A stretch of DNA of 64,000 bases. It comes from Raja brachyura (lineage: Eukaryota). Made by a program: the position numbers and the translations under genes. Every line of letters begins with the position of its first letter. Positions within the stretch are counted from its first letter, which is position 1. Positions 1-13,230 of the stretch are shown here, one piece after another. The notes under the pieces were generated by a model. It did no database searches and had not been told where the DNA came from. It was given only the letters and a program-made list of their open reading frames with translations. The stretch is taken from the NCBI GenBank assembly GCA_963514005.1, contig OY740802.1, forward strand, positions 10,416,001 through 10,480,000, given 5' to 3'.

Positions 1-44
1 ATGGCCTCCTCCTGCACCTATTTTTTATGTTTCTATGTTTCTAG

Positions 45-330
45 TTGGGAAATCAAGAACCAGGGGACGTAGGTTTAAGGTGAGAGGGGAAAGTTTTAAT
101 AGAAACCAGAGGGGCAAGGTTTTCCACACAGAGTGTGGGGATATGGAACAAACTGCCCAATGGGTTAGTTGGGGCATGTACAATAACAACATTTAAAAGA
201 TATTTGGACAGGTACATGGATAGGAAAGGCTTAGGGGCATAGGGTGCAAATCAGACAGGTGGGACTAGTATAGATGTGGCATCGTGGTCGGTATGGGCAA
301 GATGGGCCTGTTTCTGTGCTGTATAACTAT
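45..330 (+). mobile_element. CR1 LINE 3' fragment (older)
   Basis: gaaatcaagaaccaggggacgtaggtttaaggtgagaggg.. through the 3'UTR gggcctgtttctgtgctgta. Confidence 0.7.
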
Positions 331-2061
331 GATGCAAGAAACAACTTAATAGCAGCCAAGTGATTGATTTTGCCAGGGGACAGAGGTTGTGAGGGGACGG
401 AGGGTTGAAATAGGACACTTAGACACAGACTGTAAAGATCTCAACTAAGTATGCAATTGAAATCACTCCAACTTCTTACAATCTTCCCAATACCCGAGTT
501 CCGCTAAATCAAACTTCCAGTACATTACTAATTTTAATTACTCCACCACTGGCAGCTACAGATTCCTCTGCTGGATCTAAAATAACAATTTCCTCGCCAT
601 ATCTCTGCACCAGACTCCCCTAATGTGCTACTTAAAAACTTACTGCTTTGACAAATCATTCATTCTTGTGTGGCCCATTATGACATTTAAATTGTTAAAG
701 CATGTTTAAGCAGCCTCCGGCTATTTATTGCGTTTATATACATTATATGAAAGGCATATCGTTCCCCTATCTACTTTCTACAAAGATACTCCAGTGTGCA
801 TGGTCAAACTGCTCGCAGCTACTAACCTCCCCATCCTCTCCCCAGTCTCTTGTCCTCCATGCTCTACGACTTAAAGCTTAGCATCATTTAAAAAAAAAAA
901 TTTTGGGGTCATTTTTTTCTGCCTTCGAGATTTCCCATTGGGGGAAGACTAACCCCTTTGAAAGTGAATGCAACTAAAATAAAACGGAAGTGCCAAGGAT
1001 CAGTCTCATTTCAATAAAAAAAAACCCTTTGGCTTCTTGCAGAGAGAGTGTTTCAGGCTAGTTGGAGAATCCCCCAAAGAGAACACAGTGGGAAAGGAAT
1101 CAGCCAGTGACCCACATAAATATGAACTTGCACTTGGGTTGTTTCATACCCAAAAGGGAGTGGGGATGATGAGATTAAAAGTTCCTGTCAGTTAACGTAG
1201 CATGTGGTTAACAGTTTTAAAATATAAGACCTGGATGTCAGTGAATGAATTTTACAATATGATCTAGCATGCCAATAGATTTTGCACTTTCAAAACATTG
1301 GCCAAGATTAAAAATTGTAATAGGCACTCGTGGAATTTTATGGTGATTACAAGAGTGGACTTGTAGTCCATGTTCAATACTTATTTAGAGTTGAGTCTCA
1401 GCATTGTTCCCTGGATGGCACAGTGGTGGAGCTGCTGCCTTACAGCATCACAGACCTGGGTTCCATCCCGGCTACGGGTGCAGAGTCTGTACACAGTTCG
1501 TTGGTTTTTCCGGTGATCACGTGGTTTTTCTCTGGGTGCTCTGGATTCCTCCCAGGTTCCAAAGACGTGCAGGTTTGTAGGTGAATTGCCCCTAGTACGT
1601 AGGGTAGAACATCCGAAGAAGGGTCTTGGCCCGAAACGTCACCCACTCCTTCTCTCCGCAGATGCTGCCTGTCCCGCTGAGTTACTCCAGCATTTTATGT
1701 CTATCTTTAGAACGGGTGATCACTGGTCAGAGTGGACTCGATGGGCCAAAGGGCCAGTTTCCCTGCTGTATCACTAAACTAACCACAGTTAAAGCATGAC
1801 ATACAGTGCAGGAGCAACTCAGCGGCTCAGACAGCATATCTGGAGAACATGGACAGGTGATGTTGCGAGTCAGGACCTCGATTCAGACTCAAGGGTCCGA
1901 CCCAAACCTATCCATGTTCTCCATGGATGCTGCCTGATACACAAAAAAGTGCTGAGGAACTTAATGTAAGCCAACAGCTGCAGTTCCTTGTTTTAAGAGC
2001 TGAAGAACTGTTGATATTTGTTCCTTCCACCTATTTGGAGTTAAGATTTGTTGGAGCTGGA

Positions 2062-2352
2062 GCAGCACGGTGGCACAGCGGTAGAGTTGCGGCCTACCAG
2101 CGCCAGAGACCTAGGTTCGATCCTGACTATGCGTGCTTGTCTGTACGAAGTTTGTACGGTCTCTCTGTGACCCGTGTAGGTTTTCACCGGTATATCCGGT
2201 TTCCTTGCGCACTCCACGGTTTGTAGGCTAATTAGCTTGGTAAAGTTGTCCCGAGTGTGTGTACGATAGTGTCAGTGGACGGGGATCACTGGTCGGCACG
2301 GACCCGGTGGGCCGATGGGTCCCGCTTCCACGCTGCGTCTCCAAACTAAACA
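2062..2352 (+). mobile_element. HE1-type SINE
   Basis: Same head/core/tail architecture. Confidence 0.8.
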
Positions 2353-2924
2353 CTAAGCAAGAACAATCCCCATGGATATGTGACAATGTAATCCATAAAC
2401 AGATCCTCCATTCATATTATCCTTGAGCTTTGCAAGTAGCAAGTAGAACAATTTGAGATATAGTATGCTTCATTTCACAAATGAATAGACTAATCACTAA
2501 TTTCCAGTCAGTTCATTGAAATAAAACTGAAATTATTTGACCCACAGAACCTCATAACCATGAATGTACTTTAAGCATTCATAAATTGTTTCCTTTAAAT
2601 CATAAATACTTCATCAAGGCATAGAATTTGCCCACCACCATCTGGAACCGGCTGACGCTAATTCATTAAAGCCGTCCCACCCGCGTGCGTTTCTGCACGG
2701 TGGTGCAGGGGTAGAGTTGCTGCCTTACAGCGCCGGAGACCCAAGTTCGATCCTGACTATGGGTGCTGACTGTGCAGAGTTTGCACGTTCTCCCCTTGAC
2801 CACGTTGGTTTTCTCCGGGTGCTCCGGTTTCATTCCACACTCCAAAGACGTACAGGTTTGTAGGTTAAGAAGTTTGGTTTAGAAGAATGACGGAGGGGGG
2901 GGGGGGGGGGGGGTGGGGGGATGG

Positions 2925-3300
2925 AGGAGACCTCATTGAAACATACAGAATAGTAAAAGGATTGGATAGAGTGGATGTGGAGAGGATGTTTCCACTGGTG
3001 GGAGAGTCTAGGACTAGAGGTCATAGGTTTATAATTAAAGAAAGTTCTTTTAGGAAGGAGGAGATAGTTCTTTAGTGAAAGGGTGGTGAATCTGTTGAAT
3101 TCTGTCACAGAAGGCTATGGAGGCCAAGTCAGTGGATGTTTGTACAGCAGAGATATAGATACTTGATTAGTATGGGTGTCAGAAGTTATTGGAAGAAGGC
3201 AGGAGAATGGGGTTAGGAGGGAGAGATAGATCAGCCACGATTGAATGGCAGAGTAGACTTGATGGGCCAAATGGCCTAATTCTACTCCTATCACTTATGA
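2925..3300 (+). mobile_element. CR1 LINE 3' fragment nested in an HE1 SINE
   Basis: GDLIETYRIVKGLDRVDVERMFP..; SINE halves at ~2695-2868 and ~3303-3440. Confidence 0.8.
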
Positions 3301-4851
3301 CCTTAATTGGGTTCGGTAAAAAAAATGAATTTGTCCTTAGCGTGTAGGATAGCACTAGTTTACAGGGATCGCTGGTCGGCACAGACTCGTTGGGCCGAAG
3401 GGCCTGTTTCCGCTCGGTACCGTAAAACTCTAAACTAAACACCAGTAACAAATGTTAAAGGAAATATCTAGAGAGGGGTTTTGGTTGTTGTGGAGAGGGT
3501 CGACATTTACTGACGTGGCAAAGTGGCAGAGTCAAAAGGTTGAGAGGTTGCAGGGCCAGTACTGTCTTGAACAGCAACGGATGTAATGTGAAGGGACTTC
3601 TAGTAGGGTTCCAGGACATGACAATATATTTCCAATAGAAGGTATCAGAATGAGAACGGGATTTTGCATGTCTTATTTTAAAGTGATACAGTACGTAAAC
3701 AGGCCCTTCGGCCCACACCGACCATTGATAGCCCTTACACACTAGTTCAATGTTACCCCACTTTCACATCCATTCCCTACACACTCTGGCAGCGCGGTGG
3801 CGCAGTGGTAGAGTTGCTGCCTTACTGCGCCCGAGACCCGGTTCCATCCTGACTACATGTGCTGTCTGTACGGAGTTTGCATGTTCTCCCCGTGACCTGC
3901 AGGGGTTTCCCTCCGAGATCTTCGGTGTGCGTTGATCGCTGGTCGGCGCAGACTCGGCGGGCTGAAGAACCCATTTCGGTAAACTAAACACTAATGGCCA
4001 CTTTACAGAGGACATTCGACCAGCTAAACCCACACGTCTTTGGGATGCGAGAGGAAACCAGGGCACCCGGAGGAAACTCACGCGGTCACAGGGAGAAGAT
4101 GCAAACTCCACAAAGACAGCACCCGAGGTCGGGATGGAACCCGGGTCGACGGCGTAATGAGCAGGGAGAATATGCAAACTCCACAAAGACAGCACCCGAG
4201 GTCGGGATCAAACCCGGGTCTACGGCGTAATGAGGCAGCAGCTCTACCCGCTGCCCCACTGCGTGATAATCATGTTCACCCCCATCATAGATTCTGGGAA
4301 GCGTTGGCGAATTTCTCCCACGAATCCTGCAATTTAATTCGCAAAACATGGGTGCTCTGCAGTGCAAACCTAACGGAAGCTTTAGATGGATTTATTTTTT
4401 AATTCATCCACGCCCCAAAAACACTCTCAGTCCGCGGCTTGGTGCATTTTCACAGACAGTACACTGCTCACTTTGATAACATTTGCCACTGCAAAAGAAC
4501 AAGCCTGCAATTCCCAGCAAAAAAAGGTCTTTTTGGCTCCTCAAATAGGTTGCTGCATTAATTAACAGCAGATGTGACATCTCTAAGCCATGACAGGCAC
4601 CCAATAGAAACCAACACTGAAATGCTGCAACTCATTTTTTACCTTCAGAAATAAATATTTTCCGACTATAATTTTACCATTAAACAAAGATATTTCGAGT
4701 CTCAGGCATTGTAATCTTGTGAAAACAATTATTAAAACTTACACCCATAAAATTCAAGCTTATATAGGAAGGCTTGAGATTTATAACTGCCTGTAAATGG
4801 AGGAATTTTACTACTGTACCAGTCATTAAATATATCTAGTTATTAAATATA

Positions 4852-5062
4852 AGATAGACACAAAATGCTGGAGTAATTCAGCGGGACAGGCAGCATCTCT
4901 GGAGAGAAGGAATGGGTGACGTTTCGGGTCGAGACCCCTCTTTGGACCTACCCGAAACATCACCAATTCCTTCTCTCCACAGATGCTGCCTGTCCCACTG
5001 AGTTACTCCAGCATTTTGTGTCTATCTTTGATTGAAACCAGTATCTGCAGTCCTTTCCTACA
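4852..5062. mobile_element. Penelope-derived fold-back element
   Basis: Inverted pLTR arms; 16-bp TSD CTAGTTATTAAATATA (4836-4851, 5063-5078). Confidence 0.8.
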
Positions 5063-5174
5063 CTAGTTATTAAATATATTTTGCACTAAATATATTTTCT
5101 CTTTTGTACCTTCTGATGTCCTCTGGTATGGTATGTCTGAATAGCACACACATTTTTCCCCCCCACTGTATCTC

Positions 5175-5680
5175 CATATGCTGACTGGTTGCATCGTGCC
5201 TTGGTTCGGCAACTTGAGCGCCCTGGAGGGGAAAAGACTACAAAAAGTAGTAAACACTGCCCAGTCCACCGTCGGCTCTGACCTTCCTTCCATCGAGGGG
5301 ATCTATCACAGTCGCTGCCTCAAAAAGGCTGGCAGCATCATCAAGGACCCATACCATCCTGGCCATACACTCATCTCCCCGCCAGCTTCAGGTAGAAGGT
5401 ACCGGAGCCTGAAGACTGCAACGACCAGGTTCAGGAATAGCTACTTCCCCACAGCCTATTAAACCTGGCTCGGACAAAACTCTGAACATTAATAGCCCAT
5501 TATCTGTTATTTGAAGTTTATCAGTTTATTCATTCATGTGTGTATTTACGTATATAATGGTATATGGACACACTGATCTGTTTTGTAGTCAATGCCTACT
5601 ATGTTCTGTTGCGCTGAAGCAAAGCAAGAATTTCATTGTCCTGTCAGGGACACATGACAATAAACTCTTTTGACTTTGAC
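5175..5680 (+). mobile_element. Rex1/Babar-type LINE 3' fragment
   Basis: LTGCIVPWFGN..LQKVV..IIKDPYHPGH..SGRRYRSLK..TTRFRNSYFP; 3'UTR ends aataaactcttttgactttgac. Confidence 0.8.
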
Positions 5681-8302
5681 TTTGATATGCAGGACAAGAC
5701 TAAACCAACACCGAGATAGATGATAGTTATAATTCATACTCTTCCATCCATCAGTATCAGCATTGAAGTCTCCAATGTCAAGCAATAACCCTCTACCTCC
5801 TCTCTCATTTCTGCTCCCCTCCTACCAAACCTCAGCTGCAGTTATTTCTTCCACCACCTCGTATTCCTCTATAGTCTAGTTCAGTATCGAGATACCGCGT
5901 GGAAACGGGCACTTCGGCTCACCACGTCAGCGCCGACCAGCGATCACCCGTACACTAGTCTAACCCACACACTCGGGACAATTCGCAGAAGCTTACAAAC
6001 CTCCATGTCTTTGGAACGTGGGAGGGAACCGGAGCACCCGGAGAAAACCCACACAGTCACAGAGAGAATGTACATAATCTGTACAGGCAGCACCCGAGGT
6101 CAGGATCGAACGCGGGTCTCCGGCACCGTAAGGCAGCATCTCTACTGCTGCGCCAGAGTTCCTCATTTCCCCTTACCCCCCCCCCCCACCCACCCCCAAC
6201 CATTCCACCTATATCCCCCCCCTCTGGATTTACATTCTACTCTCCTTCTCTCCTTTGACCACTTTGTCTCCTAACTCCACCCCTCTGCTCTCCCCTGTAT
6301 TTGCCGGGGGGGGGGGGGGGGGGGGGAGACAGATATTAAGACCCATTTCTATCCCTGTGGTAAAGTGACCCAAGACATTTCACCAGAAGCTGGGAAATGA
6401 GGCATGACGGTCGAAGCAGAAGAAATAGGTGCAAGCATAAGAGACCCACACCTTTCAGCTTACTCCAACATTCATTAAGTTGAAGGCTGATTGCGCTGGT
6501 AAATGATGTCGAGATAAGAACTCGATGAATCATGAATCTGAATTAACTCAGTGACTGAGTGGCCTCTGGGGCAGCACGATGGTGCAGTGTGTGGAGCTGC
6601 TGCCTCAGGGACCAGAGCTCGATCCTGACCTCGGACACTGTCAGAGCCAGATTTTCACGTTCTCTCTGCAGCAGCATGGTCTTCCCCCAACTGCCCCACT
6701 CTCTACCCGTGTCCCAAAGATGTGCGGGCTCGTAGCTCAATTGACCTGTGTAAAACTGCTCTTGGTGTGTAGGGAATGGGCATAAAAGTGGGATAGCATA
6801 GAACTGGGGTGAACGGCTGATCAATGTTTGGCTTCGACTCAGTGGGCCAAAGGGTGTTTCCAGGCTGTAGCTCAAAAACATACCTTTGAAAGGAAAAAAA
6901 AAAAAAAAATCAAATGTTCACCACTCTCTGTGTGAAGTACTTCCTCATATCTATCCCCAAGGGCCCCAGTCCTTATTCTCATTTTACAGGCCCTAGTCCT
7001 GAAGAGATCTTACATGATGTAGATCACAAGAGATGCTGAAAAATATTGTTTGAAGGCATTTTTGAAAGTGGAGAGATTCACCTTTGCAGCTGTTTGACGC
7101 AACAATAGAACACTGGAACATGACAGGAACAGGCCGTTCAGCTCAATGTCCGCGCCAAAAATAGTGCCCGGTTAAACAAGGGCAGCACAGTGGTGCAGCA
7201 GTGGAGTTGCTGCCAGAGACCCGGGTTTGATCCCAACTACGGGCGTTTGTACGTTCTCCCTGTGACCACATGGGTTTTCTCCAAATGCTGTTTCCCTCCA
7301 ACACTCCAAAGACGTACAGCTTTGCACATTAATTGGCATTGGTAGAATTCTAAATTGTCCCTAGCGTGTAGGAAGGATAGTGTTAGTTTAAGGGGGCGAT
7401 TGCTGGTCAGCGTGGACTCGGTCGGCCGAAGGGCCCGTTTCCTTGCTGTATCTCTAAAGTTGAATGTTTAATCTCCTCTGCCTCACGTTTAAGTTTGCGA
7501 CGTGTACAGAGGTACGGTGTTGCGTGCTAACCAGTCAGCAGAAAGACAACACACAAATGCAATCGAGCCATCCACAGTGTACAGACACATGATAAAGGGA
7601 ATAATGTTTAGTGCAAGACAAAGTCCAATAAATCTCCAATCAGCTAGATAGTAGTGTAGGAAGGAACGGCAGATGCTGGTTTAAACCAAAGATTGACACA
7701 AAAATCTGGAGTAACTCAGCAGGACAGGCAGCATCTCTTGAGAGAAGGAATGGGTGACATCTCAGGTCGAGACCCTTCTGCAGATAGTGGCTCAGGACTG
7801 CTCTCTATTTGTTGACATGATGGTTCAGATAACAGCTGGGAAGCAGGTCATCCATACCCTTCCAAATCCATGTGTCTCTTTGAAGATATTTTCAGCGAGG
7901 ATTCCATTGTGGGGGCTGCAATGATTGGGAAAGTTCAGGGCGAGAGACAAGACAATTAAGGAGATGGGCAGGTTTCAATGAAAAGTGCAGGTGCCGCAGA
8001 GGGTTGTGTCACAAACAATGTAAATCTTTGAATGGAATGTGGCTAGAGTTTATATTCCAAAGTTTCCTGGATTTATATACTTTAGGCATCTTGTTACTTT
8101 GAACATAACAAGAACAGCATTAAGCAGATGCGTCGCCATGAACAATGGCGCCAAGGTGAAAACAGGCATCAAGATGCATTATGAAAAACACATCCCCAAA
8201 GTGCGTAGGAAGCAACTGCAGATGCTGGATTACACCGAAGATAGACGCGAAATGCTGGAGTAACTCAGCGGGTCAGGCAGCATCTCTGGCAAAAAGGAAT
8301 GG

Positions 8303-8334
8303 GTGACGTTTCGGGTCGAGACCCTTCTTCAGAC
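8303..8334 (-). ncRNA. Minimal type I hammerhead ribozyme core (PLE-associated)
   Basis: Reverse complement GTCTGAAGAAGGGTCTCGACCCGAAACGTCAC, intact. Confidence 0.65.
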
Positions 8335-8915
8335 AGAGAGTCAGGAGAGAGGGAAAGTAGAGATATGAAGTTCAGAGAACAAATCAAAGCCAGCAATTAT
8401 GATCAAGGAGAGGTGGAGCCCACAATGGTCCATTGTTGGCTGCGGAGAAGGTGATAATGTCTTGGGGCAACAGCGATAAGTTTAGTTTAATTTATTGTCA
8501 TGTGTTCCGAGGTACGAATAGGTTTTGTTGCGTGCTATCCAGTCAGCAGGAAGACAATACACGATTACAATCGAGCCATTAATCATAATCATACTTTATT
8601 AGCCAAGCATGTTTTGCAACATACGAGAAATTACAGTGTATAGATACACGATAAGGAAATAATGTTTAATGCAAGGTTATGCCTGCAAAGTCGGAGTCAC
8701 CAATGAGATAGATAGTAGTTCAGCACTGCTCTCTGGTTGTGGTAGGATGATTCAGTTGCCTGATAACAGCTGGGAAGAAACTGTCCCTGAATCTGGCGGT
8801 GTGCGAAGGGGGGGGGGGAAAGAGGAAGTGTCCAGGGTGCGACTCGTCCTTGATTATGCTGCTGGCCTTGCCGAGGCATCACAAGGTACAAATAGAGTCA
8901 ATAGAAGGGTTAATA

Positions 8916-9221
8916 GGGCGGGCACGGTGGCAAAGCGGTAGAGTTGCTGCCTTACAGCGCCGGAGACCCGGGTTCGATCCCGACTACGGGCGTTGTCTGT
9001 ACGGGGTTTGTACGTTCTCCCCGTGACCTGCGTGGGTTTTCTCGGAGATCTTCGGTTTCCTCCCACACTCCAAAGACGTACAGGATTGTAGATTAATTGG
9101 TTTGGTAAATGTAAAAATTGTCCCTCGTGGGGGTGTGGTGTTAATGTGCGGGGATCGCTGGTCGGCGCGGACCCGGTGGGCCGAAGGGCCCGTTTCCGCG
9201 CTGTATCTAGAAACTAAACTA
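8916..9221 (+). mobile_element. HE1-type tRNA-derived V-SINE
   Basis: Box A ggtggcaaagcgg, box B ggttcgatccc, core gtttgtacgttctccccgtg..ggtttcctcccacactccaaagac, CR1-type tail gggccgaagggcc..ctgtatct(aaact)n. Confidence 0.9.
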
Positions 9222-11080
9222 CGGGGAGGTTGATTTGTGTGATGACCCAGGCTGCGTCCATAATTCGCTGCAATTTCTTCCCGTCTTGGATGGAGCTGTT
9301 CCCAAACCAATCTGTGATGCATCCTGATAAAATGCTTTACATGGTGCATCTGTAGAAGTTGATTAGAGTTGTGAGGGACATGCCAAATTTCGTAAGCCTT
9401 CCAAGGAGAGAGTCGTTGGTGCGCTTTCTTGGTCGTTGCTTCAATATGGGTGGTCCAGGAGAAATTGTTGGTGATAGCGACTCCTAGGAATTTGAAGTTT
9501 TCAAACCACCTCTACGTCAGCACCATCAATGCAAACTGGCGTACGCTTCCTCAAGTCGATCATTATCTCCGTTGTCTTGCCGACATTGAGAGAAAGGTTG
9601 GGGATCTCGACAACATGACAATTAAAATCGGGCTGGTGATGCCATGTAAAATCACTGCACCCAGAAGGTTTATAAGCCTTTCATATATGAAAGCATTAAG
9701 CATAGATTGTTCGGGACTGAACTGGGAATTTTCTGAAAGCTGGGAGATGCAGATTTAAACCCCAACTTTGTAGAGACTTACTTCTTCATTAAATGCAAAG
9801 CTCTGGCCAACACACACTGTTGAAAGCCACCCGAGAGATTCTACCACTGATGATGGTATTTCTGCAACCAGCAAGAATTAAAAATTGTCTTCCATTGAAT
9901 GTATTATTCCCATTCAAGATAATGAATGCACAGTCCAACATTCGAACGCAGGCTTAAACGAAAGACAACCGGTGGATTTATCTTAAACGTGAACTACAGT
10001 GAATCTGTTAAACTCACCTCGGCTGTACCTTTGGCATGCTTAAACGGAAGACATTACACTGAGAAATTAGAATTAGCAAAATCCTACAGCATCAATTACT
10101 TCACTAGGCTTAGAAATGAAATAATTTCCTGTAAAGTGGCAGTAATCTTATGAACCGCACTGCTCAATAAAATGAAGAAAAATGTTACCAAATTATTACG
10201 CTGATACAACGGATTAAGAAAAAGAACAAGAATTTTTAAATGCAAAGTGAAAACTAGTGACCAACATTTTATCTCGGTCTCCCGCCTTTGGTCCTGCATG
10301 CAGAGTGCAATTAGGAAACTGTGCTGACGAGGTTAAGGTTCAAGCTTCTACTAAAATTAATTTGCATAATTAAAAACTCTTGCATTTGCCAGCACAATAA
10401 GAATAATTATATGTCATTATTTTGTTTGCTTTAGAAAATATCGAGCTGGATCATGTGCACTGTCCAGACTCAACACCTAATGGCCACAGCTACACCTTGC
10501 TTTTATTCAGAAGCACTGAGGGTATGGAGAGAAGGCAGGAGAATGGGGAAAAGATAGATCAGCTATGATTGAACAACAGAGTAGACCTGATGGGCCGAAT
10601 GGCCTAATTCTGCTCCTGCAACTTCATTGGACTCGAGCAGCAAACTGGTCTCAAGTAGTACATTCCGTGACCCCTTCCCAGGGACAGAGACAGAGTCACA
10701 CAGAACAGGCCCTTCGGCCCAACTTGCCCATGATGACCTCGAAGCACCATCTAAACTTGTCCCATTTGCCTGAGTGTGTTCCATGTCCCTCTAATCCTTT
10801 CCAATCAATGTACCCGTCCAAGTGTCTTTTAAATGCTGTTGCCATACCTTCCTCGACTACCTCCTCCGGCAGCTAACTCCATACACCCACCACACCGAGA
10901 GAACAAGTTGCCTCTCAGGTTCCTATTACTGTATATCTTGCCCCCCCCCCCCCCCCATCTCAAACTCATGTCTGCTAGTTCTTGATTCCCCCACCCTGGG
11001 TAAAAGACTCTGTGCATTCACCCTATCTATCTGCTGTAGACAAAAATGCTGGAGAAATTATCTATGGAGCGAAGGAATAG

Positions 11081-11112
11081 GTGACGTTTCGGGTCGAGAC
11101 CCTTCTTCAGAC
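11081..11112 (-). ncRNA. Minimal type I hammerhead ribozyme core (PLE-associated)
   Basis: Same intact core on the minus strand within a fold-back element at ~11037-11196. Confidence 0.65.
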
Positions 11113-11670
11113 TCATAGATGCAGCCTCACCCGCTGAGTTTCTCCAGCATTTTTGTCTACCTTCGATTTTTCCAGCATCTACAGTTCTTTCTTAAATGAA
11201 TCTCCTGCTGAAGATTTTATGCAACTCAATAAGATCGCTCCAGAGCCTCCTGCACCCTAACATAAAGTCCTTGCCCGCCAAATGTTTCCCAATAGTTCTT
11301 AGTTCAGGCCCTCGAGTCTTGGCAACATCCTCTTAAGCGTAACATTATTTTAAAACACTTTGACGGCCAGCCTCAGCTCGTCAGTAGTATTTGAAAATGC
11401 AAATAATCCAAAAATCACCACACGAAAATATAAATGAAAGCACTTTGAAAAATTAAATGAAGAAAGCATTTAGATATTTCCAAAGAGTTGATGACCCCAT
11501 ACAAATGAATATGACAATTGTTATTACAGCGGTTTTCCAAGCGGTAAATTGGAGCGGACTCAAGATCTTTGCTGCGCAGGTCATTGCTCTGTACCTCTGC
11601 TCAATGATAAGTCCATTGGTCGTACAAGCAGTCAGAGGTGCCCATATTTCATCTTCAGCACGTCTCAGTA

Positions 11671-12120
11671 CAGGTCCACCACCGGTTTTCCAGCAACTGG
11701 TGGCCCGGCTCATCCTTTAACCCGGACAAAATTACGAGAATGCACTTGAAATCTTGAAATTCCCCCCCCCCCGGAAGTTGTTGTGTCCACCCCCCCCCCC
11801 CCCCCCCGCAAAAAATGTGGCACTAGGCCGGGGGAGGCGGGCCATCTTGACCTCATCGGGACTTCCGCGGCGATTGGCGGGTCGAATTTGCCCCCCTGCA
11901 GCCTGGTCTCCGTAACTTCGGCCCGGCCAGAGCCGACAGTTCCATTCACGTAGCCGACTTCCGAGGCTACGGGCCGTTATCTCGGCCCTCCGACGGACTA
12001 GGAGGTTCGCTCCGGTACCGTTGGGACTCCTCTTGGAGACCGTGACCTCTGTTGGTCCGGCAAAACAAGATAATCCAGAAAGCCTCTGGAACCAAGGGTG
12101 CAGATAAATCTAGGAGACCT
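11671..12120. mobile_element. Probable Tc1/mariner(pogo)-type MITE
   Basis: Begins TA|CAGGTCCACC; GC/CpG-rich interior; degenerate right end ...GGAGACCT. Confidence 0.4.
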
Positions 12121-12716
12121 AAAACTTGCTAAGGAACAGACAGTGCCTTCAGAATCAACAGCTATCAGTTGTTCCAATGCTTTCAAGAATGGCAACATGG
12201 TAAAGATTTAGTAACAGTTTAAAACAGTTTTATCAGAAATACAATTTCAACTGGGATGTCCAATTCTGCAACTACAAGGAACCAGATATACCACAGACTT
12301 GAAAAATGCTGAGCCAGCCACTAATTTCTTTGCCAAAGTTGCACAGCAGATTAAATATTAAAAAAATTTTAAATGATAGGCATGTTTCCTAGCACCAATA
12401 CATCTCAGACAATTAGCTTTTTTAACTTTCTAAACCAGTGAAAGATTGGCAGAAACTCACAATTCAACACGACCTCGTGACCAGTTGAACATACAACTTG
12501 ATGCTGACAAGACAGAATTTTTCCCCAGTATAAATGAAATCAGAGAGGAAAAAATAATGTTTTAGGTTAAAACCCATCTTCTAACTTTGTTTACACCAAA
12601 CACAGTAGGCACAACACATGATGACTTGTGTAGCTGGGACATGTTAGCCAGTGTGAGCAACTTGGGCCTATTTCCACACTGTATCATACTATGACTAGCG
12701 TAGCTGGGACATGTTT

Positions 12717-13230
12717 TGTCAACAAAATAGAGAGAGTACAGAGGAGATTTACTAGAATGTTGCCTGGGTTCCAGCAACTAAGTTACAGAGAAAGGTTGAA
12801 CAAGTTAGGTCTTTATTCTTTGGAGCGCAGAAGGTTAAGGGTGGGGGGGGGGGGACTTGATTGAGGTCTTTAAAATGATGAAAGGGATAGACAGAGTTGA
12901 CGTGGATAAGCTTTTCCCATTGAGGGTAGGGAAGATTCAAACAAGAGGGCATGACATGAGAATTAAGGGACAGAAGTTTAGGGGTAACATGAGGGGGAAC
13001 TTCTTTACTCAGAGAGTCGTGGCAGTGTGGAATAATCTTCCAGCAGAAGTGGTGGAGGCAGGATCGATTTTAACATTTAAAAGTAAAGTGGATAGGTAAA
13101 TGGACGGGAAGGGAATGGAGGGGTATGGTCTGAGTGCAGGTAGATGGGACTAGGGGAAAATAAATGGTCGGCATGGACTGGAAGGGCCGAGAGGGCCTGT
13201 TTCCGTGCTGTAATTGTTATCTGGTTATAT
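12717..13230 (+). mobile_element. CR1 (HER1-like) LINE 3' fragment, young subfamily
   Basis: RLNKLGLYSLERRRLR..DLIEVFKMMKGIDRVD..TRGH..NFFTQRVVAVWN plus 3'UTR. Confidence 0.9.

Noticed and set aside
8916-8990. tRNA gene (box A/box B)
   Set aside because: It is the tRNA-derived head of an HE1 SINE; continues into the SINE core with no terminator.
11453-11720. Overlapping 86-87 aa ORFs on both strands
   Set aside because: No recognisable domain, no splice support, and overlaps a probable MITE end.
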